From positions 1 to 64,000 of the forward strand of contig JBFJHJ010000011.1 in assembly GCA_041613315.1 (NCBI GenBank): 64,000 nucleotides of DNA, read 5' to 3'. The translations under genes and the position numbers were made by a program. The stretch is from Gemmatimonadales bacterium. Its GTDB lineage: Bacteria; Gemmatimonadota; Gemmatimonadetes; Gemmatimonadales; GWC2-71-9. The notes below the pieces were generated by a model. The model made no database searches. It saw only the letters and a program-made list of their open reading frames with translations, and had not been told where the DNA came from. This document shows positions 11,361 through 20,894 of the stretch, piece by piece. The stretch's first letter is position 1, and every line of letters starts with the position of its first letter.

Positions 11361-13532
11361 TCACTGGATGCGGAGCACGTTGAGCCGCGGCACCACCGTC
11401 GCGGTGATGGGCCCCCCGGCCCCGTCGTCGAACGTCACCGTGAACCCGCGTTGGCCGGGACTCTGCAGGACCCGGAAATACGCCCCAGAGCCCGAGCGTA
11501 GGGTCCCGGTAGCCTCGAACGTTCCGCCCATGAACGTCTGCGGCACGATCGGGAACGGGCGGTCGAACGTCGTCGGGTCTTGCTGATTGAGCGACTGATA
11601 CGTGGTCCGGAAGCGCCAGGTCGCATAAGTGAGACGCGGGGGCGGGGTGAACCCCGGGAGGTCCGACACCCAGTTCGTGAGGAACCAGTCGGCCAGAAGC
11701 CGCGCGATCGGCTCGCCCGTCGCCGCCTCGATGTTCTGCGCGCCGACGGTGCTCGTCTCCACGAGCCGTCGAGCCAGCGCGTCGCCCTTCTGGTCCACGA
11801 GCCACCGGAGGAAAAGCCAGACCGCGCCGCGCTCTTCGAGGCTGCCGGTGCCGTCGCCGAACACCACCCACTCCGGCTCGGGGTTCTTGAGATAGAGGAA
11901 CGCGTTGAAGATGTCGTTGATCGCGAACCGCGAGAACCGTGTCTGATCGCCTTGGGCCTGGAAGTGGAGCGCCGCGAGCTCCTCGGCCAGGTGGGACAGG
12001 GCTTCGTTGAGCCACACGACCTCCGACCCGCCGGTCCGCGCCAGGACATGCTGGTTGTAGTTGATCATGTGCTGGTGCTCATGCACGAACGTGACGGGCA
12101 CCAACCGCCGCACCCGGTCGGTCGCATGCGAGCACGTCACCGAACCGGTCGGGTCGGGGGTGATCGCATAGAAGACCTCGGCCTGGTTCGACCGGTTGTC
12201 GTTCGAGAAGCGCGAATCGACATCCAACGCAAAGAAGAAGCCGGTGATGAAGCTCTGGTCGCACTGTGCTTTCGGGGTGAGCCGGTTCACCACCGGCGTG
12301 AGCAGGATGCTCACCAGACCGTCCTGGTCGACGTCCGACTCGGCGCCGAAGGCGCGGGCGTTCACCTCGTAGAGCTCCTCGTCGAACAACTTGCCCAGGT
12401 CCGTGAAGTCGGTTTGCGTAAAGCCACCGGTGGGCGCGGTCAGGTCCTGATAGATGACGGCGTGCCGGCCGACGTACTTCGCCTCCGCCGTGATCGAAGT
12501 GAAATCCTCGAGCTTGCTGCAGGTGACCACGTTGCACACGCGGAAATTCCGCCGGTCCCCCACTTTGGTCGCCGCTGCGACGGCCTCGACGCGGGCCGCC
12601 CGGAGCGGACCGGGCGGCAATCGGCCGTACTCGGCTTCGCGTTCCCGAAGAAAGGTGTGGAACCGGTCCGCCCACAACGGCGGCGCCGCCCGACGCTGCG
12701 GCGCAGGAATCATCGTCGTGAACGAGTCGCCCCGCAGCCGGTAGGCGCCGGAGGCGCCCGGCACGCCCGCTACCGACTGCGGGGTGAGGAGATATTCAAC
12801 GGTCGAGACACCGGCGTCGGGGAACGTGGCGCAGTTATTGAGCTGCACCGGATCGAGCGAGACGTACTCGCCCACCCGCAGGGTGACGGGCCCGCCCGTC
12901 GCTTGAAACGTGCCCGTCACCATGCCGGATTGCCACAGATCGGTGACCAGTCGGACGTTCACCGACCCGGGCACCAGGCAGCGCGGAACGATCGCCCGCA
13001 GCGTGTCCGCCGCGGCGGACACGCGCACCACCGTCCCCAGCGCCCCTCCGATCTCGGGCCGAAGCGTGGTCGAGAGCCGGGCTCCCACCAGCGAGATCGT
13101 ATCGCCGCCCTGGAAGGTGGACGGCACGATCTCCGTGAAGAGCGGTGGGTCGAGCGCTCGCGCCGTGAACATCGCCATCACGCCGGTGTTGACCGCGAGC
13201 GCGGCACGAACCGCGTAGTCGCCAACCGCCGGCCCGAGCGTCAGCTCGACCTGCGCCTGCCCGGTGCCGTCGGCGAGGGTCACCGCGTCCGAGAGGACCG
13301 CCCCACTTCCCCCCGTCACCGTCCATTGCACCCGAGCCCGCGGCACGATGGTCGCGTCTGCCGCTCGGGCGATCACCGCGAGCGGGAGGGAGAGGCGCCC
13401 GCCGGCGTAGCCTTCCTGGCCGTTCGTCGCGGCTACGACCTCGATGCTGGTGGGCATGGGCAGGTCGACGCCGCCGCCGCAGGCTTGAGACAAGACAGCC
13501 GTCGTCAGGACGAGGATGCACGTAGGACGCAA
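11361..13532 (-). CDS. Lipoprotein zinc metallopeptidase (M30-like) with Ig-like/IPT domains
   Basis: AGGAGG then TTG at 13532; lipobox LSQAC; HEHQH...WLNEALS; Ig-like N-terminal half. Confidence 0.75.
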   Translation of the reverse strand: MRPTCILVLTTAVLSQACGGGVDLPMPTSIEVVAATNGQEGYAGGRLSLPLAVIARAADATIVPRARVQWTVTGGSGAVLSDAVTLADGTGQAQVELTLGPAVGDYAVRAALAVNTGVMAMFTARALDPPLFTEIVPSTFQGGDTISLVGARLSTTLRPEIGGALGTVVRVSAAADTLRAIVPRCLVPGSVNVRLVTDLWQSGMVTGTFQATGGPVTLRVGEYVSLDPVQLNNCATFPDAGVSTVEYLLTPQSVAGVPGASGAYRLRGDSFTTMIPAPQRRAAPPLWADRFHTFLREREAEYGRLPPGPLRAARVEAVAAATKVGDRRNFRVCNVVTCSKLEDFTSITAEAKYVGRHAVIYQDLTAPTGGFTQTDFTDLGKLFDEELYEVNARAFGAESDVDQDGLVSILLTPVVNRLTPKAQCDQSFITGFFFALDVDSRFSNDNRSNQAEVFYAITPDPTGSVTCSHATDRVRRLVPVTFVHEHQHMINYNQHVLARTGGSEVVWLNEALSHLAEELAALHFQAQGDQTRFSRFAINDIFNAFLYLKNPEPEWVVFGDGTGSLEERGAVWLFLRWLVDQKGDALARRLVETSTVGAQNIEAATGEPIARLLADWFLTNWVSDLPGFTPPPRLTYATWRFRTTYQSLNQQDPTTFDRPFPIVPQTFMGGTFEATGTLRSGSGAYFRVLQSPGQRGFTVTFDDGAGGPITATVVPRLNVLRIQ

Positions 13533-13649
13533 GGGATCCTCCTGGGGGTCGACTCGGCCGCGGAGCGCCGCGCAGCCGTTTACGGACGCCGGGAAGGCGG
13601 ATTCACGTAAGCCCCGGCACCAGCGCAACATACGGCAGCGGGCGCAGTT

Positions 13650-13681
13650 TTGACAATGCCTGACGCGGCGCGTTAGCTTTC
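13650..13681 (+). promoter_or_regulatory. Sigma70-type promoter of dnaE
   Basis: TTGACA-N18-TAGCTT(TC). Confidence 0.6.
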
Positions 13682-13693
13682 GACCTCACATCC

Positions 13694-16600
13694 ATGGCCT
13701 TCGTCCATCTCCACACGCACTCGGAATACTCGCTGCTTGACGGCGCCAACCGGATCCCGGACCTCGTGCGAAAGGTCGCCGAGCTGGGGATGGACAGCCT
13801 CGCCATCACCGACCACGGCAACCTGCACGCGGCCTGGCGATTTTATGAGGAGGCCCGCGCGGCGAAGATCCGCCCGATCTTGGGATTCGAGGCGTATCTC
13901 GCCTTCGGCCCGCGGCAGGAACTGGAACGGCCGCCGGACGCGCCCGCCAACTACTCCCACCTGGTGCTCCTCGCGCGCAACCGTACCGGGTACAAGAACC
14001 TGATCAAGCTCTCCTCGATCGGCTATCTCGAGGGGTATTACCGGCGGCCGCGGATCGATAAGACCGTGCTGGCCGAGCACGCCGGCGGCCTCGTGTGCCT
14101 GGCCGCGTGTCTCTCCGGTGAGATCGCCCTCTGGCTGCGCCACGGGAGCTACGAGCGCGCTCGTCGCTCGGCGGCGTGGTTCGCCCAGACGTTCGGGCCG
14201 AACGGATTCTGGCTGGAGGTGCAGGACCACGGGATGGCGGACGAGAAGACCGTACAGGAGGGCATGTTCCGCTTGGCGGACGACCTCGGTCTGCCGGTCG
14301 TCGCGACCAACGACGCTCACTACCTCGAGCGCGCCGACCACCAGGCGCACGACTGCCTGCTCGCGATCGGCACCGGCAAGGACCTCGACGACCCCGGCCG
14401 GTTCCGCTTCTACGGCTCCGAGAGCTACGTGAAATCGGAAGCCGAGATGGCCACGTTGTTTCCGGGCCGCCCCGACGTCCTGGAGCAGACCCAGCGCGTG
14501 GCGGAGTTGTGCGAGTTCGAGTTCGAGAAACGGTACTTCCTCCCGGAGTTCCCGCGGCCCGACGGCTACGCGTCCGATAACGACCTCGTGATCGAGTTGG
14601 CCACGCGCGGGGCGCGGGCCCGCTACGGATCCACCCTGTCGCCGGCGGTGCAGGAACGGCTCGACTACGAGCTGGGCGTCATCACGAAGACGGGCTACGC
14701 CGGGTACTTCCTGATCGTCCAGGACTTCATCAACGCGGCGCGGGAGCGGGAGATCCCGGTCGGCCCGGGACGCGGCTCCGCCGCGGGCTCCCTCGTCGCC
14801 TACGCGCTCGGCATCACGAACGTGGATCCGCTGCGGTTCGACCTGCTGTTCGAGCGGTTCCTGAACCCCGAGCGCGTGTCGATGCCGGACATCGACGTGG
14901 ATTTTTGCTTCGAGCGGCGCGGGGAAGTCATCGAGTATGTGCGGGAGCGCTACGGTCGGACGAGCGTCGGGCAGATCATCACGTTCGGGACGCTCAAGGC
15001 CCGGGCGGCGGTGCGCGACATCGCGCGGGTCCTCAGAGTGAGCCTGGCCGATGCCGACCGGATCGCGAAGCTCATCCCGTCGGGGCCCGGCTACCACCTG
15101 CCGCTCGCGGAGGCGGTCGAACGGGTGCCCGAGTTAGCGCACCTCGTCGCCGGGGACGCCACGATGGAGCGGCTGGTCGATCTGGCGCAGCGAATCGAGG
15201 GACTTTCGCGCCATGCGTCGGTCCACGCCGCCGGGATCGTGATCGCCCCGGGCCCGCTCGACGAATACGTGCCGGTGTGCACGCCACCGCAGCGCGGCAG
15301 CACCGCCGGCCAGAACGGCGACGAGGCGATCATCACCCAGTACGACATGATCGGCCTGGAGCAGGTCGGCATGTTGAAGATGGATTTCCTGGGGCTCAAG
15401 ACCCTGACGGTCATCCACGACGCCCTCACGATGATCCGCCTGCGCCACGCCACGACGGTGGACCTCGATGAGCTCAACCTGGACGACCCCGCGGTCTACG
15501 AGCTGCTCCGCGCGGGACGCACCGCAGGCGTGTTCCAGTTCGAGTCGCCGCTCGCGACCGACATGTTGCGTCAGCTCCGCGTCGACCGCTTCGACGACCT
15601 CGTGGCCACCAACGCGCTGGTGCGACCTGGGCCGCTCGATTCCGGCATGCACCAGGTCTACACCAGGCGGAAGCGCGGCGAGGAGACGGTCCGTTACCCG
15701 CACGCTGACCTGCAGGAGATCCTCGAGCCGACCTACGGCGTGATCCTCTACCAGGAACAGGTGATGCGGATCGCCAACGTCCTGGCGGGCTTCACGCTGG
15801 CGGAAGCGGACGTACTGCGCAAAGCCGTTGGGAAGAAAGACCAGGAGCTCATCGAGCAGGAGCTGGAGCGGTTCGCGGGTCGCGCGGCGGCACGAGGGTA
15901 CGACCGGCGGTTGGTCGAGGACATCGTCTCGCAGATCAAGACGTTCGGGCGGTATGGGTTCAACAAGTCGCACTCCGTCGCCTACAGCCTGCTCTCGCTC
16001 CAGACGGCATGGCTCAAGGCGCATTTCCCGGCCGAGTTCATGGCGGCGCTGCTCTCGTCCGAAATCGGCGACACCGACAAGGTGGTGGCTTATATCAACG
16101 AAGCGCGGGAGCTGGGCATCGAAGTGCTGCCGCCCTCGGTGAGCGAGTCGGGGTGGAAGTTCACGGTCATCGGGGATCGCCAGATCCGCTTCGGCCTCGG
16201 CGCCGTGCGGCACGTCGGGCGCGGCGCCATCGAGTCAATCATCGCCGGCCGCGGCTCGGACCCCTACCGCTCGCTGTCGGACTTCTGCGAGCGGATCGAC
16301 CTCCGCCTCTGCAACAAGCGCGTGTTGGAGGCCCTGATCGCCGCTGGCGCCGTGGACCAGTTTGGCCACCGTGCCCAGCTCATGGCGGGGTTGGAATCCG
16401 CGCTGGGCGAGGGGCAGCTGCGCCAATCCGAGCGCGCGGCGGGCCAGGGCTCGCTGTTCGGCGAGCTGCCGGCGGCCGCCTCTCCGGCCGCGCCCGCAGG
16501 TCCGCCGGACGTTCCGCCCTGGACGGAGGCGGAACGCCTCGCCAAAGAGAAGGAGGTCATCGGGTTCTTCATCTCCGGCCACCCGCTGGAGCGGTTCCGC

Positions 16601-17176
16601 GCCGAAGTGCAGCTGTTCGGGACCCGGACGTCGGCGACCTTGGGCACGTGGAGCGAGCACCAGGTGGCGGCGGCCGTGGTGGTGACCGCCGTGAAGCGGC
16701 GGATCAGCAAGAAGACCGGCGCGGAGTACGCCCGGCTGACGCTGGAGGACTTCCATGGAACGGCGGACGCCATCGTCTTCCCGGACGCGTGGAGCAAGCT
16801 GTCGCAGGTGATCGTGCCCGACGCGGCCCTGCTCTTGACGGGCAGCTACAGCGCGCGAGACCGGGGGGAGGACCGAGCGCCGTTCATCGTCGAGGATGCC
16901 CGGCCGTTGGAGGCGCTCCGGCGCTCCGGCGCCATCGGGGTGGCGCTCGAGCTGCACGCGGGCGCTGAGGCGGACGCCGACGTGGCGCAGGCCCTCCGCG
17001 CGCTGTGCGCCGCGCACCCGGGACCGGCCCCGGTCTACGTCCATTGGAGCGACGGGAACGGCACGACCGCCGCCTTGCGCGCTCGCGCGGTCCGCGTCAC
17101 GCTGGATGAGGAGTTTCTGGACGCCTTGCGCGAGTTGATGGGCGCCGAACGGGTCCGCCTGGTCCGGGCTCGATAA
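13694..17176 (+). CDS. dnaE: DNA polymerase III alpha subunit
   Basis: HLHTHSEYSLLDG PHP domain, GRGSAAGS, MPDIDVDF, KMDFLGL, YGFNKSH. Confidence 0.98.
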   Translation: MAFVHLHTHSEYSLLDGANRIPDLVRKVAELGMDSLAITDHGNLHAAWRFYEEARAAKIRPILGFEAYLAFGPRQELERPPDAPANYSHLVLLARNRTGYKNLIKLSSIGYLEGYYRRPRIDKTVLAEHAGGLVCLAACLSGEIALWLRHGSYERARRSAAWFAQTFGPNGFWLEVQDHGMADEKTVQEGMFRLADDLGLPVVATNDAHYLERADHQAHDCLLAIGTGKDLDDPGRFRFYGSESYVKSEAEMATLFPGRPDVLEQTQRVAELCEFEFEKRYFLPEFPRPDGYASDNDLVIELATRGARARYGSTLSPAVQERLDYELGVITKTGYAGYFLIVQDFINAAREREIPVGPGRGSAAGSLVAYALGITNVDPLRFDLLFERFLNPERVSMPDIDVDFCFERRGEVIEYVRERYGRTSVGQIITFGTLKARAAVRDIARVLRVSLADADRIAKLIPSGPGYHLPLAEAVERVPELAHLVAGDATMERLVDLAQRIEGLSRHASVHAAGIVIAPGPLDEYVPVCTPPQRGSTAGQNGDEAIITQYDMIGLEQVGMLKMDFLGLKTLTVIHDALTMIRLRHATTVDLDELNLDDPAVYELLRAGRTAGVFQFESPLATDMLRQLRVDRFDDLVATNALVRPGPLDSGMHQVYTRRKRGEETVRYPHADLQEILEPTYGVILYQEQVMRIANVLAGFTLAEADVLRKAVGKKDQELIEQELERFAGRAAARGYDRRLVEDIVSQIKTFGRYGFNKSHSVAYSLLSLQTAWLKAHFPAEFMAALLSSEIGDTDKVVAYINEARELGIEVLPPSVSESGWKFTVIGDRQIRFGLGAVRHVGRGAIESIIAGRGSDPYRSLSDFCERIDLRLCNKRVLEALIAAGAVDQFGHRAQLMAGLESALGEGQLRQSERAAGQGSLFGELPAAASPAAPAGPPDVPPWTEAERLAKEKEVIGFFISGHPLERFRAEVQLFGTRTSATLGTWSEHQVAAAVVVTAVKRRISKKTGAEYARLTLEDFHGTADAIVFPDAWSKLSQVIVPDAALLLTGSYSARDRGEDRAPFIVEDARPLEALRRSGAIGVALELHAGAEADADVAQALRALCAAHPGPAPVYVHWSDGNGTTAALRARAVRVTLDEEFLDALRELMGAERVRLVRAR

Positions 17177-17189
17177 CGCGGGAGACACG

Positions 17190-18161
17190 GTGACCGCCAC
17201 CTCCAACCTGGACTTCGAGAAGCCGATCGTAGAGCTCGAACGGCAGATCGCGCACCTCAAGCGGCTCGCGACCGACCGGCGCCTGGATGTGCAGCAGGAG
17301 ATCGCACCGCTGGAATCGCGACTCGCTGACCTGCGGCGGGAGATCTACCACCGCCTCACGCCGATGCAGCGGGTCCAGGTGGCGCGTCACCCCAAGCGAC
17401 CGTACGCCCTGGACTACGTTCGGTACGCCTTCACTGATTTCATCGAGCTGAAAGGGGACCGGTTGTACCGCGACGACCCGGCCATCGTCGCGGGCTGGGC
17501 TCGCCTGCGCGAGCGCCCGGTCGTGGTCATCGGCCAACAGAAGGGCCGCGACACCAAGGAGAACCTGCGGCGCAACTTCGGCATGCCCCATCCGGAAGGG
17601 TACCGCAAGGCCCTCCGATTCATGCACCTGGCCGAGCGGTTCGGCGCACCGGTCATCACGTTGATCGACACCCCCGGCGCCTATCCGGGCCTCGGTGCCG
17701 AAGAGCGGGGGCAAGCTGAGGCCATTGCACGGAACCTCGAAGAGATGGCCGTCCTGGAGACCCCCCTCGTCGCCGCCGTGATCGGCGAGGGTGGATCGGG
17801 CGGCGCGCTGGCCCTGGGGCTCGCCGACCGGGTCCTCATGCTCGAGAACGCCATCTACTCCGTGATCTCGCCCGAGGGGTGCGCCGCGATTCTGTGGAAG
17901 GACGCGAGTCAGAAGGAGCGGGCGGCAGAGGCACTCAAGCTGACCGCGGACGATCTCCACGCCCTGGGCGTCGCGGACGAGATCATTCCCGAGCCGCCGG
18001 GCGGTGCCCATGCCGATCCCGAGGGCGCGGCGGAGGCGCTGGGCGATTCGCTGGCGCGGCACGTGGCGGACCTCGCCGCGCTCGACGCCGAGGAGCTGGT
18101 CCGGCAGCGGGCGAACAAATACCGGGCGATGGGCAAGTTCGTGGAGGGCCGCGGTGCCTGA
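17190..18161 (+). CDS. accA: Acetyl-CoA carboxylase carboxyltransferase alpha
   Basis: LDFEKP, RNFGMPHPEGYRKA, IGEGGSGGAL, YSVISPEGCA. Confidence 0.97.
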   Translation: MTATSNLDFEKPIVELERQIAHLKRLATDRRLDVQQEIAPLESRLADLRREIYHRLTPMQRVQVARHPKRPYALDYVRYAFTDFIELKGDRLYRDDPAIVAGWARLRERPVVVIGQQKGRDTKENLRRNFGMPHPEGYRKALRFMHLAERFGAPVITLIDTPGAYPGLGAEERGQAEAIARNLEEMAVLETPLVAAVIGEGGSGGALALGLADRVLMLENAIYSVISPEGCAAILWKDASQKERAAEALKLTADDLHALGVADEIIPEPPGGAHADPEGAAEALGDSLARHVADLAALDAEELVRQRANKYRAMGKFVEGRGA

Positions 18162-19218
18162 CGTCGTCGAAGTCCGGTTCAAGGGCAACCGCACCGGTTT
18201 CTACACCTGGGCCGCCGACGCCCCACTCGCGGTGGGCGACGCCGTGGTCGTCGAGGTCGAGCGGGGCCGGGACCTGGGGCGGGTCTCGGCGGTCGGCGAG
18301 ACGGCGCAACGGAAGTGCGGGGTCGGATGCCACGGCTGCGCGATCGCCGCGCCCAAAGAGGTCGGGGGGAAGATCCTGCACAGCGCCTCGACCGAGGACA
18401 CCCACCTGAGCGACGAGCTCCGCAAAGCGGAGGACGACGTGCGCCGCAAGGTGATGGAGCGGGTGCGCGCGCACGGGCTTCCGATGAAGGTCTCGGACGC
18501 CGAGTGGCAGTGGGACCGCAAGAAGTTGACGGTGTTCTTCACGGCCGAGCGGCGCGTCGATTTTCGCGCCCTGGTCCGCGACCTCGCAGCGCTGTTCCGG
18601 ACACGGATCGAGCTGCGGCAGATCGGCGCGCGGGACGAAGCGAAGCGCCTGGATGGCGTGGGGCGGTGCGGCCGCCAGTACTGCTGCTCGTCGTGGTTAC
18701 CGGAGCTGCGGCCCGTGAGCCTCTCGCTGGCCAAGGACCAGCGGCTTTCACTCAACCCGGCGCAGATCTCGGGTGGCTGCGGTCGGCTGCTCTGTTGCCT
18801 GCGCTACGAGCATGAGTTCTACGTGACCAGCCGGAAGCGATTCCCGAAAGAGGGCCGCGTCGTCACGACCCCACGGGGACACGAGTCAGTGCAGGCGGTG
18901 GACATCTTCCGTGATCGGGTGCTCCTGCGAGCCGAGGACGGGACGACGCGCACGCTGGCGCTGGCCGACCTCAAGCGGGACGTGGCGGCCGGGGGCGGCG
19001 ATGGCGAGGTTCGAGAACCTGCGCGGCCTCCGTCTGGGCTGGTCACGTTCGACGAGGGCGAGGCCACCGTCACGACCGAACAGGCCGTGGACGCGGTGAG
19101 CCCCGGGAAACGGCGGCGACGGCGCGGCCGGCGCGGTCGGGCGCGGCGGCGCGAGCGGGACCGCGGCGCGCGGGACAGCGACGCGCCCGACACCGACGCG
19201 CCTGGCGATGAAAGATAG
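18154..19218 (+). CDS. ricT: PSP1-domain Fe-S protein RicT/YaaT
   Basis: RVDFRALVRDLA, RIELRQIGARDEAK, CGRQYCC, ISGGCGRLLCCLRYE; GTG overlaps end of accA. Confidence 0.9.
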   Translation: MPDVVEVRFKGNRTGFYTWAADAPLAVGDAVVVEVERGRDLGRVSAVGETAQRKCGVGCHGCAIAAPKEVGGKILHSASTEDTHLSDELRKAEDDVRRKVMERVRAHGLPMKVSDAEWQWDRKKLTVFFTAERRVDFRALVRDLAALFRTRIELRQIGARDEAKRLDGVGRCGRQYCCSSWLPELRPVSLSLAKDQRLSLNPAQISGGCGRLLCCLRYEHEFYVTSRKRFPKEGRVVTTPRGHESVQAVDIFRDRVLLRAEDGTTRTLALADLKRDVAAGGGDGEVREPARPPSGLVTFDEGEATVTTEQAVDAVSPGKRRRRRGRRGRARRRERDRGARDSDAPDTDAPGDER

Positions 19219-20734
19219 CTTCTACATCACCACCGCCATCGACTACTCGAACGGCGAGCCGCACCTCGGGCACGCCTACGAGAAGATCGGGGCCGACTGC
19301 GTCGCTCGGTACCGCCGGCTCCGCGGCCAGCGCGTGCGCTTCCTCATGGGGATGGACGAGCACGGGCAGAACGTCGCACAAGCCGCGGAAGCGGCGGGGA
19401 CCGACCCCCAAACGTGGGTGGACCGGATCGCCGCTAAGTTCGAGGCGGCCTGGGCCGACCTCTACATCAGTCACGACGACTTCATTCGCACCACCGAGGA
19501 CCGTCACACGACCGCCGTCCAGGAGCTGCTGCGCCGCATCCAGTCGGCCGGCCATATCTCCGAAGGCGTCTACGGCGGCTACTACTGCATCGGATGCGAG
19601 GCTTTCAAGGTCGAGAAAGATCTCCACGACGGCGTCTGTCCGCTCCACCCCACACGGCAGATCACCTGGGTCGAGGAACCCAACTACTTCTTTGAGCTGG
19701 GCCGGTTCCGCCAGGCGCTGCTGGACCACTACGAGGCGCATCCTGAGTTCGTCCAGCCCCAGGCCAAGCTCAATGAGGTCCGCAACGTCGTCAGGGACTG
19801 GACCGACGATCACCGCATGTCGGTCAGCCGGTCGCGGGTTCCCTGGGGAATCCCCTGGCCGAGCGATCCGAGCCACACCGTGTACGTGTGGTTCGACGCG
19901 GTGATCAACTACTTGTCCGCGACCGGGTTTCCGGCGCCTGGCTATGAAGCGCGCTGGCCTGCCGACGTCCACGTCATCGGTCCGGACATCGTGCGGTTCC
20001 ATGCCGCCATGTGGCCGGCGATGCTCATGGCCGCGCAGCTCCCCGTCCCGCGCCGGGTGTGGTGCCACGGATGGATCAACACGCAGGGTGCGCGGTTCTC
20101 CAAGTCCGCCGGCGTGTCGGTGACGCTCCACGATATCATCGAGCGGCACGGGCCCGACGCCCTCCGCTACTTCGTCCTCCGCGAAGTGCCGTGGCACGGC
20201 GATGGCGATTTCACCTGGGAGCGGTTCGACGCCCGCTATACGGCGGACCTGGCCGACGGCTATGGCAACTTGGTCAGTCGGGTGATCGCCATGATCAGTC
20301 GCTACCGCGGCGGCACGACGCCTGACGCGGGCGAGACCGCGCTCGACCGCGCCGCGAACGACATCGTGGCGACGTACGCCGACGTCATGGACCGCCATCT
20401 CCTCCACGACGGGGCGGACGCAGCCTGGCGGCTGGTGGACCACGCCAATGGCTTCGTCGAGCAGTCCGCTCCATGGCAGCTGGCGAAAGACGGACGGGAC
20501 GACGAGCTGGATCGGTGCCTCGGTGCACTGGCACGCGCGGTCGCCCGGATCACACTCCTCGCCTCGCCCTACCTTCCCACGAAGACGCAAGCAGTGTGGG
20601 AGGCGCTCGGGCTGGACGGAAATGTGACGGAGCACACATGGCCGGCCGTCGAGCGACCCCCGACGGCGGGCCGAAGGGTGCGAAAAGTTCCACCGCTGTT
20701 CCCGAAACCGGCGCAGAAGGCCGTAAACGCTTGA
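19208..20734 (+). CDS. metG: Methionine-tRNA ligase (short form, no C-terminal tRNA-binding domain)
   Basis: FYITTAIDY, HLGH, GMDEHG, YVWFDA, RFSKS (KMSKS variant). Confidence 0.95.
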   Translation: MKDSFYITTAIDYSNGEPHLGHAYEKIGADCVARYRRLRGQRVRFLMGMDEHGQNVAQAAEAAGTDPQTWVDRIAAKFEAAWADLYISHDDFIRTTEDRHTTAVQELLRRIQSAGHISEGVYGGYYCIGCEAFKVEKDLHDGVCPLHPTRQITWVEEPNYFFELGRFRQALLDHYEAHPEFVQPQAKLNEVRNVVRDWTDDHRMSVSRSRVPWGIPWPSDPSHTVYVWFDAVINYLSATGFPAPGYEARWPADVHVIGPDIVRFHAAMWPAMLMAAQLPVPRRVWCHGWINTQGARFSKSAGVSVTLHDIIERHGPDALRYFVLREVPWHGDGDFTWERFDARYTADLADGYGNLVSRVIAMISRYRGGTTPDAGETALDRAANDIVATYADVMDRHLLHDGADAAWRLVDHANGFVEQSAPWQLAKDGRDDELDRCLGALARAVARITLLASPYLPTKTQAVWEALGLDGNVTEHTWPAVERPPTAGRRVRKVPPLFPKPAQKAVNA

Positions 20735-20768
20735 TAGACAAGAGGTTAAAAATTTGTGACGTACTTGG

Positions 20769-20798
20769 TTGACACCCCCTTGCCCAGGCGTCTAACTT
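20769..20798 (+). promoter_or_regulatory. Sigma70-type promoter of M23 peptidase gene
   Basis: TTGACA-N18-TAACTT. Confidence 0.55.
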
Positions 20799-20894
20799 CA
20801 TCGCGCCCGTCCCCTCAGGCGCCCGGCGGTAACTGCCTGGCGCGCCTCTGGGATTACGTCTGTCGTGCGCATGCCAGCATGAGGATCCCTCTCG

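Noticed and set aside
11580..13610. 676-aa plus-strand ORF and similar ones (40193-42058, 57939-59633)
   Set aside because: Antisense shadows of well-supported minus-strand genes
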